Of a stretch of DNA of 64,000 nt, positions 1-10,385 are shown one piece after another; position 1 is the first letter of the stretch; the number at the start of each line of letters is the position of its first letter. Below the pieces are notes generated by a model. It was not told the DNA's origin. It made no database searches and saw only the letters and a program-made list of their open reading frames with translations. The stretch is from an uncultured Bacteroidota bacterium (GTDB lineage Bacteria > Bacteroidota > Ignavibacteria > UBA10030 > UBA6906): NCBI GenBank assembly GCA_963714855.1, contig CAVQPT010000012.1, forward strand, positions 45 through 64,044. Direction: 5' to 3'. The translations under genes and the position numbers were made by a program.

Positions 1-2064
1 GTGGATCGCAAATCGATCACGCTGGCGGACACGCTCTGGGGTTATGGGACGTCCCGGAACTTGGCGGCGTGGCTGGGACTGGCGCGTGCACGGATGCGCA
101 TGGGGCACTTCGAGACCGTGGACTCGCTTCTTCAACTCGCCCTTGCCACGCAGGACGACCGTAGGGGTTCCGACACCCCTACATCTGCTGACGTCACCGA
201 GGCTTACACCGAGTACTATCGCAGATCCGGGAACATCCCGCTGGCGCTGGAGACCGCTGAACGGGCCGTTACAATCCGGCTGAAGAACTTCCTCCGTAAC
301 GCCCGCCTGATGTCCGAACGGGACGCGCATGTGTATTCCGCATTCCTCCGTCGTTCCGTTGACGGGTATGTGTCGACGCTTCTGGACGCACATGCAGTCG
401 ACTCCGCTACTGTGTTCGAGCTGCCCAGGATCGTTTTGTCCTCGAAGGGATTGACGACCGAGCAGGCGCTGCTGCGCCGGCGGAGTCTTGTCGGTGAAGC
501 GGACTCACTCACCGTTGCACTCGCCGATGCGTACCGTTCAGCGGGGTACCGGCTTGCGAAACGGTATGTGGATGTGCTTCAAGGGACCGACGAGTCGGTG
601 TGCGGAGCCGACATCGACTCGCTGGGGGCTGTGGTGCTTGCACTCGAGGATTCCCTGGCAAGGCACAGCGCCCGGTTTGCGGAGACAGCTGTCGAGAGGA
701 ACGTGTCGCCCATTGCCGTGGCCTCCTCCCTCCCTCCTGATGCAGCTCTTGTGGAATATCTCAAGGTCAATGCGTCCCGCATGAACCCCGACACAACGAT
801 CCCGTTGTACATCGCCGTTGTTCTCGGTGCTGACGGCTCATGCTCCATTCTCGATCTCGGTCCGGCGGCAGGATCGACAGTTCAATCGAACGGTACCGTG
901 ATCATCTGACGAGGGTCGCTCAACAGAAGCGGCCGCTTGACAACCGGGAAGAACGAGCGTACGGGAAGATTGCTGGCGATCTCTCCCGCCTCGTCTGGCA
1001 TCCCTGTGAAGCGTTGATGCAAGGGTACACAACGGTGTTGATCGCCCCCGATGCAGGGCTGAACTTGGTTTCCTTCACCGGTCTGAAGGCCGGGACGGTG
1101 TGTATATATCCCCTTCAACGACATGCATGCACTCTGCTTCTTCAGCAGGCCGCGGTGTACGTCCACTCTGTGGCGGCGCGCATCCTTCTGCAACAGCGGG
1201 AGGCCGGGCTCCTTGCCTTCGGGACATCCAAACCTCCGCACCGGCCGCGGTATGACGGTCGCATGCTGCCAGGCAAACCCCTCGGAATCCAGGAGCGTAC
1301 GCACCCACGTTGCGGAACATGCGGTCTGGTTGTGAACAGCTCAGGAACCTCACGGTTCCCCGGCTCTACAACACCGTGGAAGAAGTGAACGAAGTCGCCC
1401 GCTACTGGCGGGCCTACAATCGGCACGAGACTGCTTACGCGCTCGTCGGTCCGATGGCAAGCGAAGAAGCGTTCAAAGAATATTCCCGAGGGAGCCGGGT
1501 TGTTCATCTGGCGACCCACGGCTTTTTCATGCAGACAGAGTGCCGTGTGCAGGGGAGCGGAGAATCCGACCTCGGGGAGAATCCGTTGTTGCGATCGGGG
1601 CTCTTGCTGGCCGGAGCGAATCTCCACGGCCAGGATGCACGTGACGCGGGATCAGAGGACGGGATCTGACCGCCCTTGAGGTGTCAGCAAGCAATCTCCA
1701 GGGCACCGATCTGGTCGTGTTGTCCGCGTGTGAGACAGGCCTCGGGAGTGTGCACCAGGGTGAAGGTGTTTACGGGCTGCGTCGTGCATTCCAGATGGCA
1801 GGTGCACGAACGGTGCTCAGTACACTCTGGCAAGTCCCCGATCGCGGAACAATGCTCTTCATGAAGGATCTCTATGCCGCGATGTTTTCGATGGAACGAA
1901 GCAAGGATCCCCAATCTACCTTTCCCGGTGTGCTGCGCGGGCTGCCGCATTGCGTCGTCTGGCTGAACTCTCGCCGTCGGGGGCGTCCGACCCATCCACT
2001 GTCGTGGGGAGGGTTTATCGTAACGGGGGACTGGCACATCCGTCAGGGATCACCCAGGCGCTAA
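1..2064 (+). CDS. TPR + CHAT-domain (caspase-like) protease, 5'-partial, split by several frameshifts (ORF pieces 1-909, 840-1388, 1310-1669, 1681-2064)
   Basis: Consecutive pieces give the CHAT motif series: ALVEYL, LIAPDAGLNLVSF, catalytic-His motif HLATHGFF, NPLLRSGLLLAGAN, DGI(L)TALEV (1-nt deletion near 1666), catalytic-Cys motif VLSACETGLG, GEGVYGLRRAFQMAGARTVLSTLWQVPD and HPLSWGGF. The N-terminus is helical and TPR-like. Confidence 0.88.
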
Positions 2065-2135
2065 TCCGCGATATCAACTTCGTCTTTCTGTAACCTTTCC
2101 TTCTGTCTCTCGACTATCTGCAAAGAGTACTCCCC

Positions 2136-2507
2136 TTGCCCACCACCCGATACGACAGGGCGATTGCCCATATCCTGGTTTCCTGGAAGAACGGACGGAC
2201 GCTCAAGAGCGTTGCCGCCGAGTTTGATGTCGATCCCGGAAATCTGGACAGGCTCTTCAGAAAGCGTCACGGGATGACTGTGAGTGCATTTGTAAGCCAT
2301 AAACGGAAAGAGTATGTCATCCAGCGACTACAGGATGGCCGGGCGTTCGGCTACGAGATTGGGGCTGAGCTGGGTTTCGTGAACGACTGGTCGTTCTATC
2401 GATGGGCAAAGCGGGCGTTTGGTGTCCCGTTCGCGCAACTGAGACGGGACGCTTCCAATTCTGTCAGAAAACTCGCGATCACGGCGGGGAACAATTCCCT
2501 CACGTAA
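2136..2507 (+). CDS. Small stand-alone AraC-type helix-turn-helix protein
   Basis: TLKSVAAEFDVDPGNLDRLFRKRHGMT...EIGAELGFVNDWSFYRWAKRAFGVPFAQLR follows the two-HTH AraC pattern. There is no effector domain; TTG start. Confidence 0.7.
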   Translation: MPTTRYDRAIAHILVSWKNGRTLKSVAAEFDVDPGNLDRLFRKRHGMTVSAFVSHKRKEYVIQRLQDGRAFGYEIGAELGFVNDWSFYRWAKRAFGVPFAQLRRDASNSVRKLAITAGNNSLT

Positions 2508-2730
2508 CTGGCTCCACCCTCAAAGCGTCTGTAGGAACTGCCTGTTGGCTGGGGTTCCTCGCTACAAGGAATGCCAACAAGGAAAGGTGCATTTTTGCGC
2601 TGGATAATCTGGCGACGAAAGAGTACACTGCGGCACACCACACTTCTTTCGTTGTTTTCTGGGTCCGCTCGGACCTGGGACTAATCATCAAGAGGGGACC
2701 CACACAACACAACCTACCAGGGAGGGAGCC

Positions 2731-4146
2731 ATGCGACTCGTACGTGTCGTCATTCCGGTCATTCTGATCGCTCTACTCGTATTCTGGGGATGCGAGAAAC
2801 AGCCGCCGGTTGCGACTGACGCGGTGCAGGAACAGCTTGTTGCGCCACAGGCGGAGGCCGAACCCATCGCGCTTGAGGTGATGGAGCTCAGTGGATGGGA
2901 GATGGACCAGATAGCCGGAACCGCGATCACCTCATCGCTGGGCAAAACTACATGCGGCAAATTTGTGATTGGTTTTGATCGTATACCTCTCGGGAAGGGG
3001 ATAGTGCACTACAGATTCCAGGTTCGTGTAGGGCCGGGGAAGCATGACAAAATCGGGCTGCACCGCGTCATCAAAGAGTCGATTCTCCATCGTCCGAACA
3101 AGGCTCAGGATGCCATTTTCCTGCTTCATGGCGACGCGAAGGATTTCGAGGGAATGTTTCTGCTCGGAACGCGCTCCGACAACACATCTGATCAATTCGG
3201 TCTCGCGTTTTACCTCGCCGATAACAATGTCGATGTATGGGGAATTGATCAGGGATGGGCAATTGTACCGACCGGCACTGTGGATTTTTCGTTCATGAAG
3301 GACTGGGGCTTGCAGAGGAACATTGATGACCTTCTTTCGGGGATGAAAGTGGCTCGGTCATTGCGTTTCCTGACAGGGAACGGGTTTGATAAGATGATCC
3401 TGCTCGGATACAGCAGTGGAGGAGTGACAGGATACACAGCGCTGGGCCAGGAGACCCAGGTACCGATGCACGCCCGTCAGATCAAGGGTTTCGTATCCGC
3501 GGACATGCCCCTGAAGCTCGACGATCCGGCAATGCGCCAATCCTTCGTTAATGACCTCTCCCTGTATCTTCCGCCGTACGAAGGCGGTGTGTATCAGGCA
3601 GACATTCCGTTTCAACCAGTCGGATATCTGGCGCGGACCGACCCAGATGGCGCTTCGTCAATGTTCACGGGATTTACCAACATGCAAGTTGCTCTCTACT
3701 TTGGTGCGGGACAGGTTTTCGGTGATGATGTGAGCACGCACTACCTTGCAGGCATATTCGACGCTACAGGATTTCCGACCGGGTTGCGGTTGATTACCGT
3801 GCCACAGTGGTTGGATTTTCTTGAAGCCGGTGTCCCGTACGAAGCGAACAAGTTCATTATCGACTACGATCAGATGCTCGGAGAGCTCATCGACAGCCCG
3901 TTCGATGACCACTTGGGTGAAATTCGTGTGCCAGTTTTCAATCTTGCTGCCAAAGGTGGACTCGGGCCGTACACACTGTACGGGTTGACTCTCCTGGGAA
4001 GCGCGGATATTACAAGCAAACTGGTCGAGATTGGGACCGGCAATGTCCTGACGGAATTCGGGCACATCGATCTCTTTGCCGCGCCCGAGGCTCCCGTTCT
4101 TGCTTGGCGCCCGCTCCTGAACTGGCTCAAAGCGCATCGACACTAG
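2731..4146 (+). CDS. Alpha/beta-hydrolase-fold lipoprotein (esterase/lipase-like)
   Basis: Lipobox-like FWGC, FLLHG, DVWGID, nucleophile elbow GYSSG, C-terminal FGHIDLF. SD-like GGGAGG before the ATG. Confidence 0.75.
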   Translation: MRLVRVVIPVILIALLVFWGCEKQPPVATDAVQEQLVAPQAEAEPIALEVMELSGWEMDQIAGTAITSSLGKTTCGKFVIGFDRIPLGKGIVHYRFQVRVGPGKHDKIGLHRVIKESILHRPNKAQDAIFLLHGDAKDFEGMFLLGTRSDNTSDQFGLAFYLADNNVDVWGIDQGWAIVPTGTVDFSFMKDWGLQRNIDDLLSGMKVARSLRFLTGNGFDKMILLGYSSGGVTGYTALGQETQVPMHARQIKGFVSADMPLKLDDPAMRQSFVNDLSLYLPPYEGGVYQADIPFQPVGYLARTDPDGASSMFTGFTNMQVALYFGAGQVFGDDVSTHYLAGIFDATGFPTGLRLITVPQWLDFLEAGVPYEANKFIIDYDQMLGELIDSPFDDHLGEIRVPVFNLAAKGGLGPYTLYGLTLLGSADITSKLVEIGTGNVLTEFGHIDLFAAPEAPVLAWRPLLNWLKAHRH

Positions 4147-4568
4147 CAGGCCGTTGAAAATCGGTTATTAGGCGGCCAAGAGGATTCCTCCACTTTCTTC
4201 TTTTGTTGGAAGCTCTTTTGGCTCGCCCACGCTTCGACAAGGGTGCCGTCAACGGTGAAGTGATCATCGGACAACAGGTGATGTTCCCGGGCAAGACCCA
4301 GGACATGATTCAGGAGTTTTCGTGAGATATCGCCATGGAGCAAGCGATCGCGGTTCTTGGCGAACGTGGAGTGATCCCACAGGTCATCATCCATCTTCAA
4401 GCCGATGAACCAGCGAAACAACAGATTGTAGTCGATCTCTTCCACCAAGAGACGCTCGCTGCGAATCGAATACAGCATCTGTAGCAGCGATGCCTTCAGC
4501 AAGTATTCGGGAGGGATGGACCGACGGCCGATGGTGGAATACAGTGTATCAAACTCCCGTTGTATCAC
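4143..4568 (-). mobile_element. IS5-family transposase remnant (truncated and internally deleted) with one terminal inverted repeat
   Basis: GRRSIPPEYLLKASLLQMLYSIRSERLLVEEIDYNLLFRWFIGL...WDHSTFAKNRDRLL...HFTVDGTLVEAWAS is the typical IS5/DUF772 N-terminal half. Terminal sequence GCAGGCCGTTGAAAA (4146-4160) lies next to CTAG (4143-4146). Confidence 0.88.
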
Positions 4569-4634
4569 TTGTAGGGGGGCTCATCCGAAACATCCTCATC
4601 AATCTATTCCACTCATCATCAGAAAGGGCAAGTC

Positions 4635-5297
4635 ATGAAAACTTTGTCGTTTTCGCTCGTGTCGTCCGCGATTCTGTCGTCCATGTTGCTGGGTTGTTCG
4701 GACAATCCGGCACCTACGGCGACCCCCGTTGTCTCGACCCATAGCGTCGCGACCCCTCTGGCTAAGGAGTCAGGACCCGGCGCCTGGGTTTTCAGGTACC
4801 AGGACCAACTCGTGCAGGGCTGGGTAGATGCCCAATCTGGTATTGTGTTTCTCATGGGGGTCAGCGACGTCACGGCATTTTGCAACTCTGGGCGGACGGA
4901 AGGGATAGAAATGGCCGACGTAAAGGATATCTTTCTTCCGAATGCTGATCCGGCGTTCAGACGACTAATTGAACGGGCTGTAAACAAGGAATCCTCAATT
5001 CTTGTCTGGGATTACTCACTTTGGGCAGGCGATTGGTGCCAGCTCTTTACAACCTACCCACCCAAAGCCACGGGTGTAGGGAAACTGACGTGGTCTGACA
5101 CCGACTTTCTGGCTGATGTCCAACCACACCATAATACCGACGTGTTTGGCTGGAAGGGGAACGGGGTCTTGTCGGGCGTGGACGGCAAAACACACACTCT
5201 TAATTTCATCGCCAAGATCATGTGGGGTACAAACGGCAAGGATGGCCACTTCAACTATGTGTTCAATATCGTGTATACCCCGGGCGGAAAGAAATGA
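4635..5297 (+). CDS. Hypothetical lipoprotein
   Basis: Signal peptide II with lipobox LLGC; 220-aa ORF with an AAAGGG SD-like site. No recognisable family motif. Confidence 0.7.
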   Translation: MKTLSFSLVSSAILSSMLLGCSDNPAPTATPVVSTHSVATPLAKESGPGAWVFRYQDQLVQGWVDAQSGIVFLMGVSDVTAFCNSGRTEGIEMADVKDIFLPNADPAFRRLIERAVNKESSILVWDYSLWAGDWCQLFTTYPPKATGVGKLTWSDTDFLADVQPHHNTDVFGWKGNGVLSGVDGKTHTLNFIAKIMWGTNGKDGHFNYVFNIVYTPGGKK

Positions 5298-5535
5298 GGG
5301 TGTCTGTGACATCCAGCTCACAAGGAGGCAACACCGGGCTTCGTTTGGGGGAGACGGGGCCTGGTTCATTGTCAGTAGCTGTGACATGTCGGAGCGTTGA
5401 GAACCAAGACGGAGTGGTAATGGTGGCATGCCTTCAAATTGCACACGACGTTTTGATCGGCCGTAACGGAATTGAGCCGGGACGGCATCACGGACAGCAT
5501 CTACACATGTCATACCAGTTCAGGAGGTGCTTGCC

Positions 5536-8095
5536 ATGAAACACGCACGATTTCTTCCGTTCAGTGTATTGATGCTCGTAGTTTTGTTTGGTTTTCAATC
5601 CCTCCAGGCCCAAGCCCGGCAGACATACGTTTTTACTGGATCGGAGACTCAAGGCCAATTCGGTGTCGCCGTTGCAGGGGCAGGTGACATTGACAACGAT
5701 GGTATGGCGGACCTTGTTGTTGGTGCATACGCTTACTCATCTCCATCCGCCGCATCAGGGTATGCAAACGTCTTCTCGGGACGCGACGGTTCTTTGCTAT
5801 ATCACTTGAGAGCGGGGATAGCTGGTGACGCTTTTGGCGCGAGTGTCGCTGGCGCAGGAGACGTGAACAACGACGGATTTGACGATGTGATTATTGGCAC
5901 CTTCTACACGGTGTTCAGCTCGGACCCAGGCCGCGCTTATGTGTATTCGGGTCAAGACGGGTCGCTACTTTATGCTCTTGCTGGATCTGGTGGTGGTGAC
6001 AATTTTGGGTTTGACGTCGCTGGGGTTGGCGATGTTGACAAAGATGGGTTCGCAGATGTAATTGTCGGTGCCTTCACCAATGATGCTGCCGGTGGGGACG
6101 CCGGTCGCGCGTATGTGTACTCCGGCCAGCATGGATCGCTTCTATTCACCCTGACGCCGCCTCCTGGCAATCTGTATTTTGGACAGTCTGTTGCCGGCGG
6201 TGGAGATGCTAACAATGATGGATTTCTAGATTTTGTAGTTGGAGCTGAAGGTCACGTCTTCGTTTATTCTGGCAGAGACGCTTCTCTACTCAAGACGTTT
6301 GTCGGAAACTCATCGGACAACTTCGGACGGAATGTGTCCTTTGTGGGGGACCTCGATGCTGACGGGTGTGACGAGGTTTTGGTTGGGGCCGATCGAGACG
6401 ATGCTGGAGGCGCAGATGCGGGGAAAGTGTACATCTTCTCCGGATTTGATGGGACGGTCCTGCGGGTTCTTGTCGGACCGAGCGCAGGAGAACACTTTGG
6501 ATTTGACTTTGATGGTCTAGGCGACATCAACGGAGACAGCTGTTCCGATCTGGTTGTTGGTGCACACCGCGGCACCTTAGGCAAAGCATACTTGATATCA
6601 GGGCGGGATGGCGTTGTTCTCTATGGGCTGACTGGCGAATCCAGCGGAGACTACTTTGGATACGCCGTAGGTGATGCTGGAGACATTAACGGAAATGGTC
6701 GCTCTGCAGTAATCGTCGGTGCGGCCTACAACAACGAAGGGGGCACCTTTGCCGGCCGCGCCTATGTCTACTCCTTCGGCCCCTTCACAGGAATCATCTC
6801 TGGTGCCGTCTCCTCTTCAGGAGATGGTGTACAAGATGTTGAGGTACGCCTCCTCGATGAGAATGACGAGCCTCTTGAAGCCTTTCCGCCTGTTTGGACG
6901 GATATTTCCGGAGAATACTCCTTCATTGATGTTCTCGAGGGGACATATCACATTCTGATCCTTGAACCGCCAGGATACGCTGCGGATCAGAATCCTAAAT
7001 CAGCGACAGTGACCTCAGGCGGCACGGCGACAGTAGACTTCCAACTTGTAAGGCTGAAGGGAACAGTGGCAGGGACTGTCCTTGCAAATGGTGCTGGTTT
7101 ACGCGGTATTCCTGTGACCCTACTGAACACGGACGGTCTTCCCGCACCCGGCTTCGAGCCGCAATTGACAGACGCCATTGGGCACTACCAATTCGATGAA
7201 GTACCTACGGATGACTATCAGGTGATGATCGTCGAACCGCTGGGTTACGCCGCGGATCAGAACCCTAAGGCGGTGACTGTGGCTGCAATCGCGACAAGCG
7301 TGGTGGATTTCACGCTCAGCTGGACGGTTCTGAGTGATGTAGCAGAGAAATGGAGTTATTGGAAGAACCAATTCGATAAGGTGTTGAAGGGTAAGAGAAC
7401 CGACGAGACCCCAGAAAACCTGACATCGTACATTGTGACAATCCAGCAGCACTACACTCCACATTTCGATTTGTATGCATTCATGAGTTTCGACGAGTGG
7501 CAAGAGGTGCTGAGCAAACCAACGCATCCCACGAAACGGGACGAGGCACTGGCTGAAGTGGCAGCCCTGGTACTCAACTTCGGTTCATTGAAACTGGGGC
7601 AGTATATGGTCATAACGGAAGACGGCCGGACAGCCGGCGACGTGCTGACGTATGTCTCGAGTGTGATAGCCAATCCGATGTCGACGGATCAGGAACTCGA
7701 GGATGCGAAGAAGCTGGCAGCCAAGGCAAATCATGGAGACAATCAGAAAATCATGGCGGGCGAAGTACCGGCGGGGTCGGTCCTATACAAGGGTGGTCAA
7801 CAATCAATCGAGTGGGGCTTCGGGACTCCGACAGTATACGCATTGGAGCAGAACTATCCGAATCCATTCAATCCGACGACAACCATCCAATACGATTTGC
7901 CCAAGGCTGGGTACGTAACGCTGAAGGTGTATGACTACCTTGGCAAGGAGGTGGCGACATTGACCAGCGGGGAGAAGCAACCCGGGAGGTATACGACCCC
8001 AGTTCAATGCAGCGAATCTTGCCAGTGGTGTCTACATCTACAGACTCCAGTCAGGGGAGTTTGTACAAGTTCGCAGGTTCATCCTCTTGAAGTAA
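5536..8095 (+). CDS. T9SS-secreted FG-GAP (integrin-alpha-like beta-propeller) protein with two Cna-B/carboxypeptidase-regulatory-like domains; one frameshift near 8000
   Basis: About 6-7 FG-GAP repeats (FGASVAGAGDVNNDGFDDVIIG, GRAYVYSG) and a duplicated EPxGYAADQNPK module. CTD begins LEQNYPNPFNPTTTIQY; the alternative frame after the CCCC run restores QFNAANLASGVYIYRLQSGEFVQVRRFILLK* (TAA 8093-8095). GGAGG before ATG 5536. Confidence 0.88.
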
Positions 8096-8096
8096 T

Positions 8097-8545
8097 TTGG
8101 ACATGTTCAATAAGGGAACAAGAAGGCCCGGGATCGATGTCTGGGGAGTCGATCAGGCATGGAATATGGTTCCTGCCGAAGTGACATATTTCGGCTTCAT
8201 GAAGAACTGGGGACTGCGCAAGAACGTCGATGACCTCAAACTCGCGGTTTCGGTTGCGCGTGTGACGCGACTGCTCACCGGTTCAGGGTATGCCACCGTG
8301 GTCCTGTGTAGGTAGACCAGCGGCGTGTCGACGACCGTAGCCATGCTCAATGATGAGACACAGTGTCCTCCGTCTCTGCGGCATGTGCGTGCCTCGGCAG
8401 CACGGACGCTACCAGTCTTGTCGTCGGAATTCCCGAACCGGATCTCGCGATGGAGTTCGGACACATCGATCTCTTCGCCGCGCCTGAGGCTCCGGTCCTG
8501 GCCTGGCACCCGCTCCTGAACTGGCTCAAGGCGCACCGGCACTGA
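8097..8545 (+). pseudogene. Decayed, internally deleted paralogue of the alpha/beta-hydrolase at 2731-4146
   Basis: GIDVWGVDQAWNMVP..FMKNWGLRKNVDDL and EFGHIDLFAAPEAPVLAWHPLLNWLKAHRH* align with the middle and C-terminus of the 471-aa protein. There is an in-frame stop and a large internal segment is missing. Confidence 0.85.
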
Positions 8546-8571
8546 TGACCATCATCAGGTGAATTTTGCGC

Positions 8572-8600
8572 TTGACATTTGTTGTTCCCCTTTGTATGAT
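8572..8600 (+). promoter_or_regulatory. Sigma70-type promoter upstream of galK
   Basis: TTGACA (8572-8577), 17-bp spacer, TATGAT (8595-8600). Confidence 0.7.
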
Positions 8601-8636
8601 AGTGCCATGAAGCCCCGTCATACAGAGGGGTTTTTT
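8587..8636 (+). terminator. Intrinsic-terminator-like hairpin overlapping the promoter
   Basis: CCCCTTTGTATGA (8587-8599) and TCATACAGAGGGG (8618-8630) form an inverted repeat followed by TTTTTT. Confidence 0.55.
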
Positions 8637-8648
8637 ATCGTGCCGTCG

Positions 8649-8662
8649 TGTTAGCGTTAACA
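8649..8662. promoter_or_regulatory. LacI-family operator (copy 1)
   Basis: TGTTAGCGTTAACA is a near-perfect CG-centred palindrome; its exact reverse complement occurs at 10217-10230. Confidence 0.75.
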
Positions 8663-8687
8663 TTGTTGTAAGCCCCCGATCGGCCTC

Positions 8688-10028
8688 TTGCACAGGATAC
8701 GCTGGATGACAATGCCCGCCGGAACCGGCCACCGCGTGAAATCTTCACCCTCACCGCGGAACGGCAACGGGTCCGAAATACAGGAATTCCTGAACCGCCT
8801 CTATGGTGCGCAGGCGCCTGCCGCACTCGACCGCTATCATGCGATCGAAGAACGGTACACCTCTCTTTTTGGTGACGAGCCCCCTATCCTCGTCAGTACC
8901 CCCGGCCGCGTCGAAATCGGCGGTAACCATACCGACCATAACAACGGCCGCGTCATTGCGGCAGGCATCACCCTCGATTCCGTGGCCGCCGCCGGAGAGT
9001 CGTCCGAACACTCCATCACGATCGTCTCGGAGGGATATCCGTCCCCCTTTGAAGTTGCTCTGGATGCTACCCGGCCAATCCAGGAAGAGCTGGGATCAAC
9101 ACCCGCGCTCATCCGCGGAATCGTTGCGCGCTGCGCCGAAGCAGGTTATGCGGTCGGCGGGTTCCGGGCCTACCTCGACAGCCGGATACAACCCGGTGCC
9201 GGACTCAGCTCGTCGGCATCCATCGAAATGACCATCGGGACGATCCTCAATACGCTCTTCAACGACGGGCGTATACCCATCGAAGAACTTGCGGCGATCT
9301 GCCAGTACGCAGAGAATGTCTACTTCGGCAAGCCGTGCGGGCTGATGGACCAACTGACCTGCGGGGTCGGCGGGATGATTGCCATCGACTTCGAGGAGCC
9401 GGGGCGTCCTGCGATCCACCGGATCCAGCATACGCTGGATGCGTCCGGACTGCGTTTTGCTGTCGTGCATACCGGCGGAAGTCACGCCGACCTCACGGGC
9501 GACTACGCCGCGATCCCGTCAGAGATGCGGTCGGTCGCAGCTACCCTCGGAAAGAAAAGCGCCCGCGATATCCAGGATGAATCGGAAATTCTGAACGCCA
9601 TGCCGGACCTGCGGCGTGCTGTGGGCGATCGCGCAGTCCTCCGTGCACTGCACTTCATCCGGGACAGCAGCCGCGTGCCGGAACAGGTCCGCGCGCTGGA
9701 AGAGGGAAGAGTTGACGATTTTCTCGCGCTTGTGATGGCGTCAGGACGATCATCGGCGCTGTGGCTCCAGAACTCGTACGCGATTTCTTCTCCGGAGGAA
9801 CAGGGAATACCGCTCGGTCTCGCGCTGACGGAGAGATTCCTGGAGACGGCCGGACGGGGAGCCTGCCGCGTACACGGAGGTGGGTTTGCCGGATCCATGC
9901 TTGCGATTCTTCCGGAGAGCATCATCGAACGGTACCGCGAGGTGATGGAACGGGTCTTCGGAGAGGGAAGCGTCGTCCTGCTCGATCTCCGGTCGACAGG
10001 GACGGCTGTGTTCAGGCTACGGGACTGA
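8688..10028 (+). CDS. galK: Galactokinase (GHMP kinase); true start probably 8706 or slightly downstream
   Basis: PGRVEIGGNHTDHNNG, PGAGLSSSAS, GKPCGLMDQ and RVHGGGFAG motifs. Confidence 0.9.
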   Translation: MHRIRWMTMPAGTGHRVKSSPSPRNGNGSEIQEFLNRLYGAQAPAALDRYHAIEERYTSLFGDEPPILVSTPGRVEIGGNHTDHNNGRVIAAGITLDSVAAAGESSEHSITIVSEGYPSPFEVALDATRPIQEELGSTPALIRGIVARCAEAGYAVGGFRAYLDSRIQPGAGLSSSASIEMTIGTILNTLFNDGRIPIEELAAICQYAENVYFGKPCGLMDQLTCGVGGMIAIDFEEPGRPAIHRIQHTLDASGLRFAVVHTGGSHADLTGDYAAIPSEMRSVAATLGKKSARDIQDESEILNAMPDLRRAVGDRAVLRALHFIRDSSRVPEQVRALEEGRVDDFLALVMASGRSSALWLQNSYAISSPEEQGIPLGLALTERFLETAGRGACRVHGGGFAGSMLAILPESIIERYREVMERVFGEGSVVLLDLRSTGTAVFRLRD

Positions 10029-10118
10029 ACCCGCGGGTGATCAGTGTGCGTGTCAGATTTCTCGTGGGGGGTGATTCGACCAGCAGAAGGAGAGAGTGTT
10101 TATCCGGCACGTTTTCTA

Positions 10119-10147
10119 TTGACTTTTTGCGATACATCGTGTAGACT
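10119..10147 (+). promoter_or_regulatory. Putative sigma70-type promoter of the large uptake/CAZyme operon
   Basis: TTGACT (10119-10124), 17-bp spacer, TAGACT (10142-10147). Confidence 0.55.
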
Positions 10148-10216
10148 TGGAGTGATCCCCTGTTCCATGGCTGTTTTGCACAGTGAGTGCTGCCTGGGGA
10201 AATTCCTGCTCGGTTA

Positions 10217-10230
10217 TGTTAACGCTAACA
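10217..10230. promoter_or_regulatory. LacI-family operator (copy 2)
   Basis: TGTTAACGCTAACA, the reverse complement of the site at 8649-8662, lies in the operon leader. Confidence 0.75.
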
Positions 10231-10385
10231 TCCCTAATCCACCCTCACCATAAACATCGCTCACAAGAAGGGAGGTGCTGCAGCGACCCGTTCAACGTAG
10301 TGTTCTCATTCTTCAGTACGTGCGGCTCGTCATGCGCGCGGCAGTACACGCTTTGCGTGGCTCCATTTAATCAAGGAGGGTTCCA

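Noticed and set aside
1660-1685. Stop-codon readthrough or selenocysteine at TGA 1667-1669
   Set aside because: A single missing base restores the conserved DGILTALEV; the downstream part is in a different frame.
1-2064. CRISPR-associated TPR-CHAT (Craspase) system
   Set aside because: No Cas7-11, Csx30/31 or array in the window; the sequence resembles generic TPR-CHAT proteins.
5222-5539. Small ORF between the lipoprotein and FG-GAP genes
   Set aside because: No motif or convincing ribosome-binding site, and it overlaps both neighbours.
10230-10385. Riboswitch or ncRNA in the long operon leader
   Set aside because: No recognisable aptamer consensus by eye; an Rfam/Infernal scan would be needed. 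No tRNA or rRNA was seen anywhere in the window.
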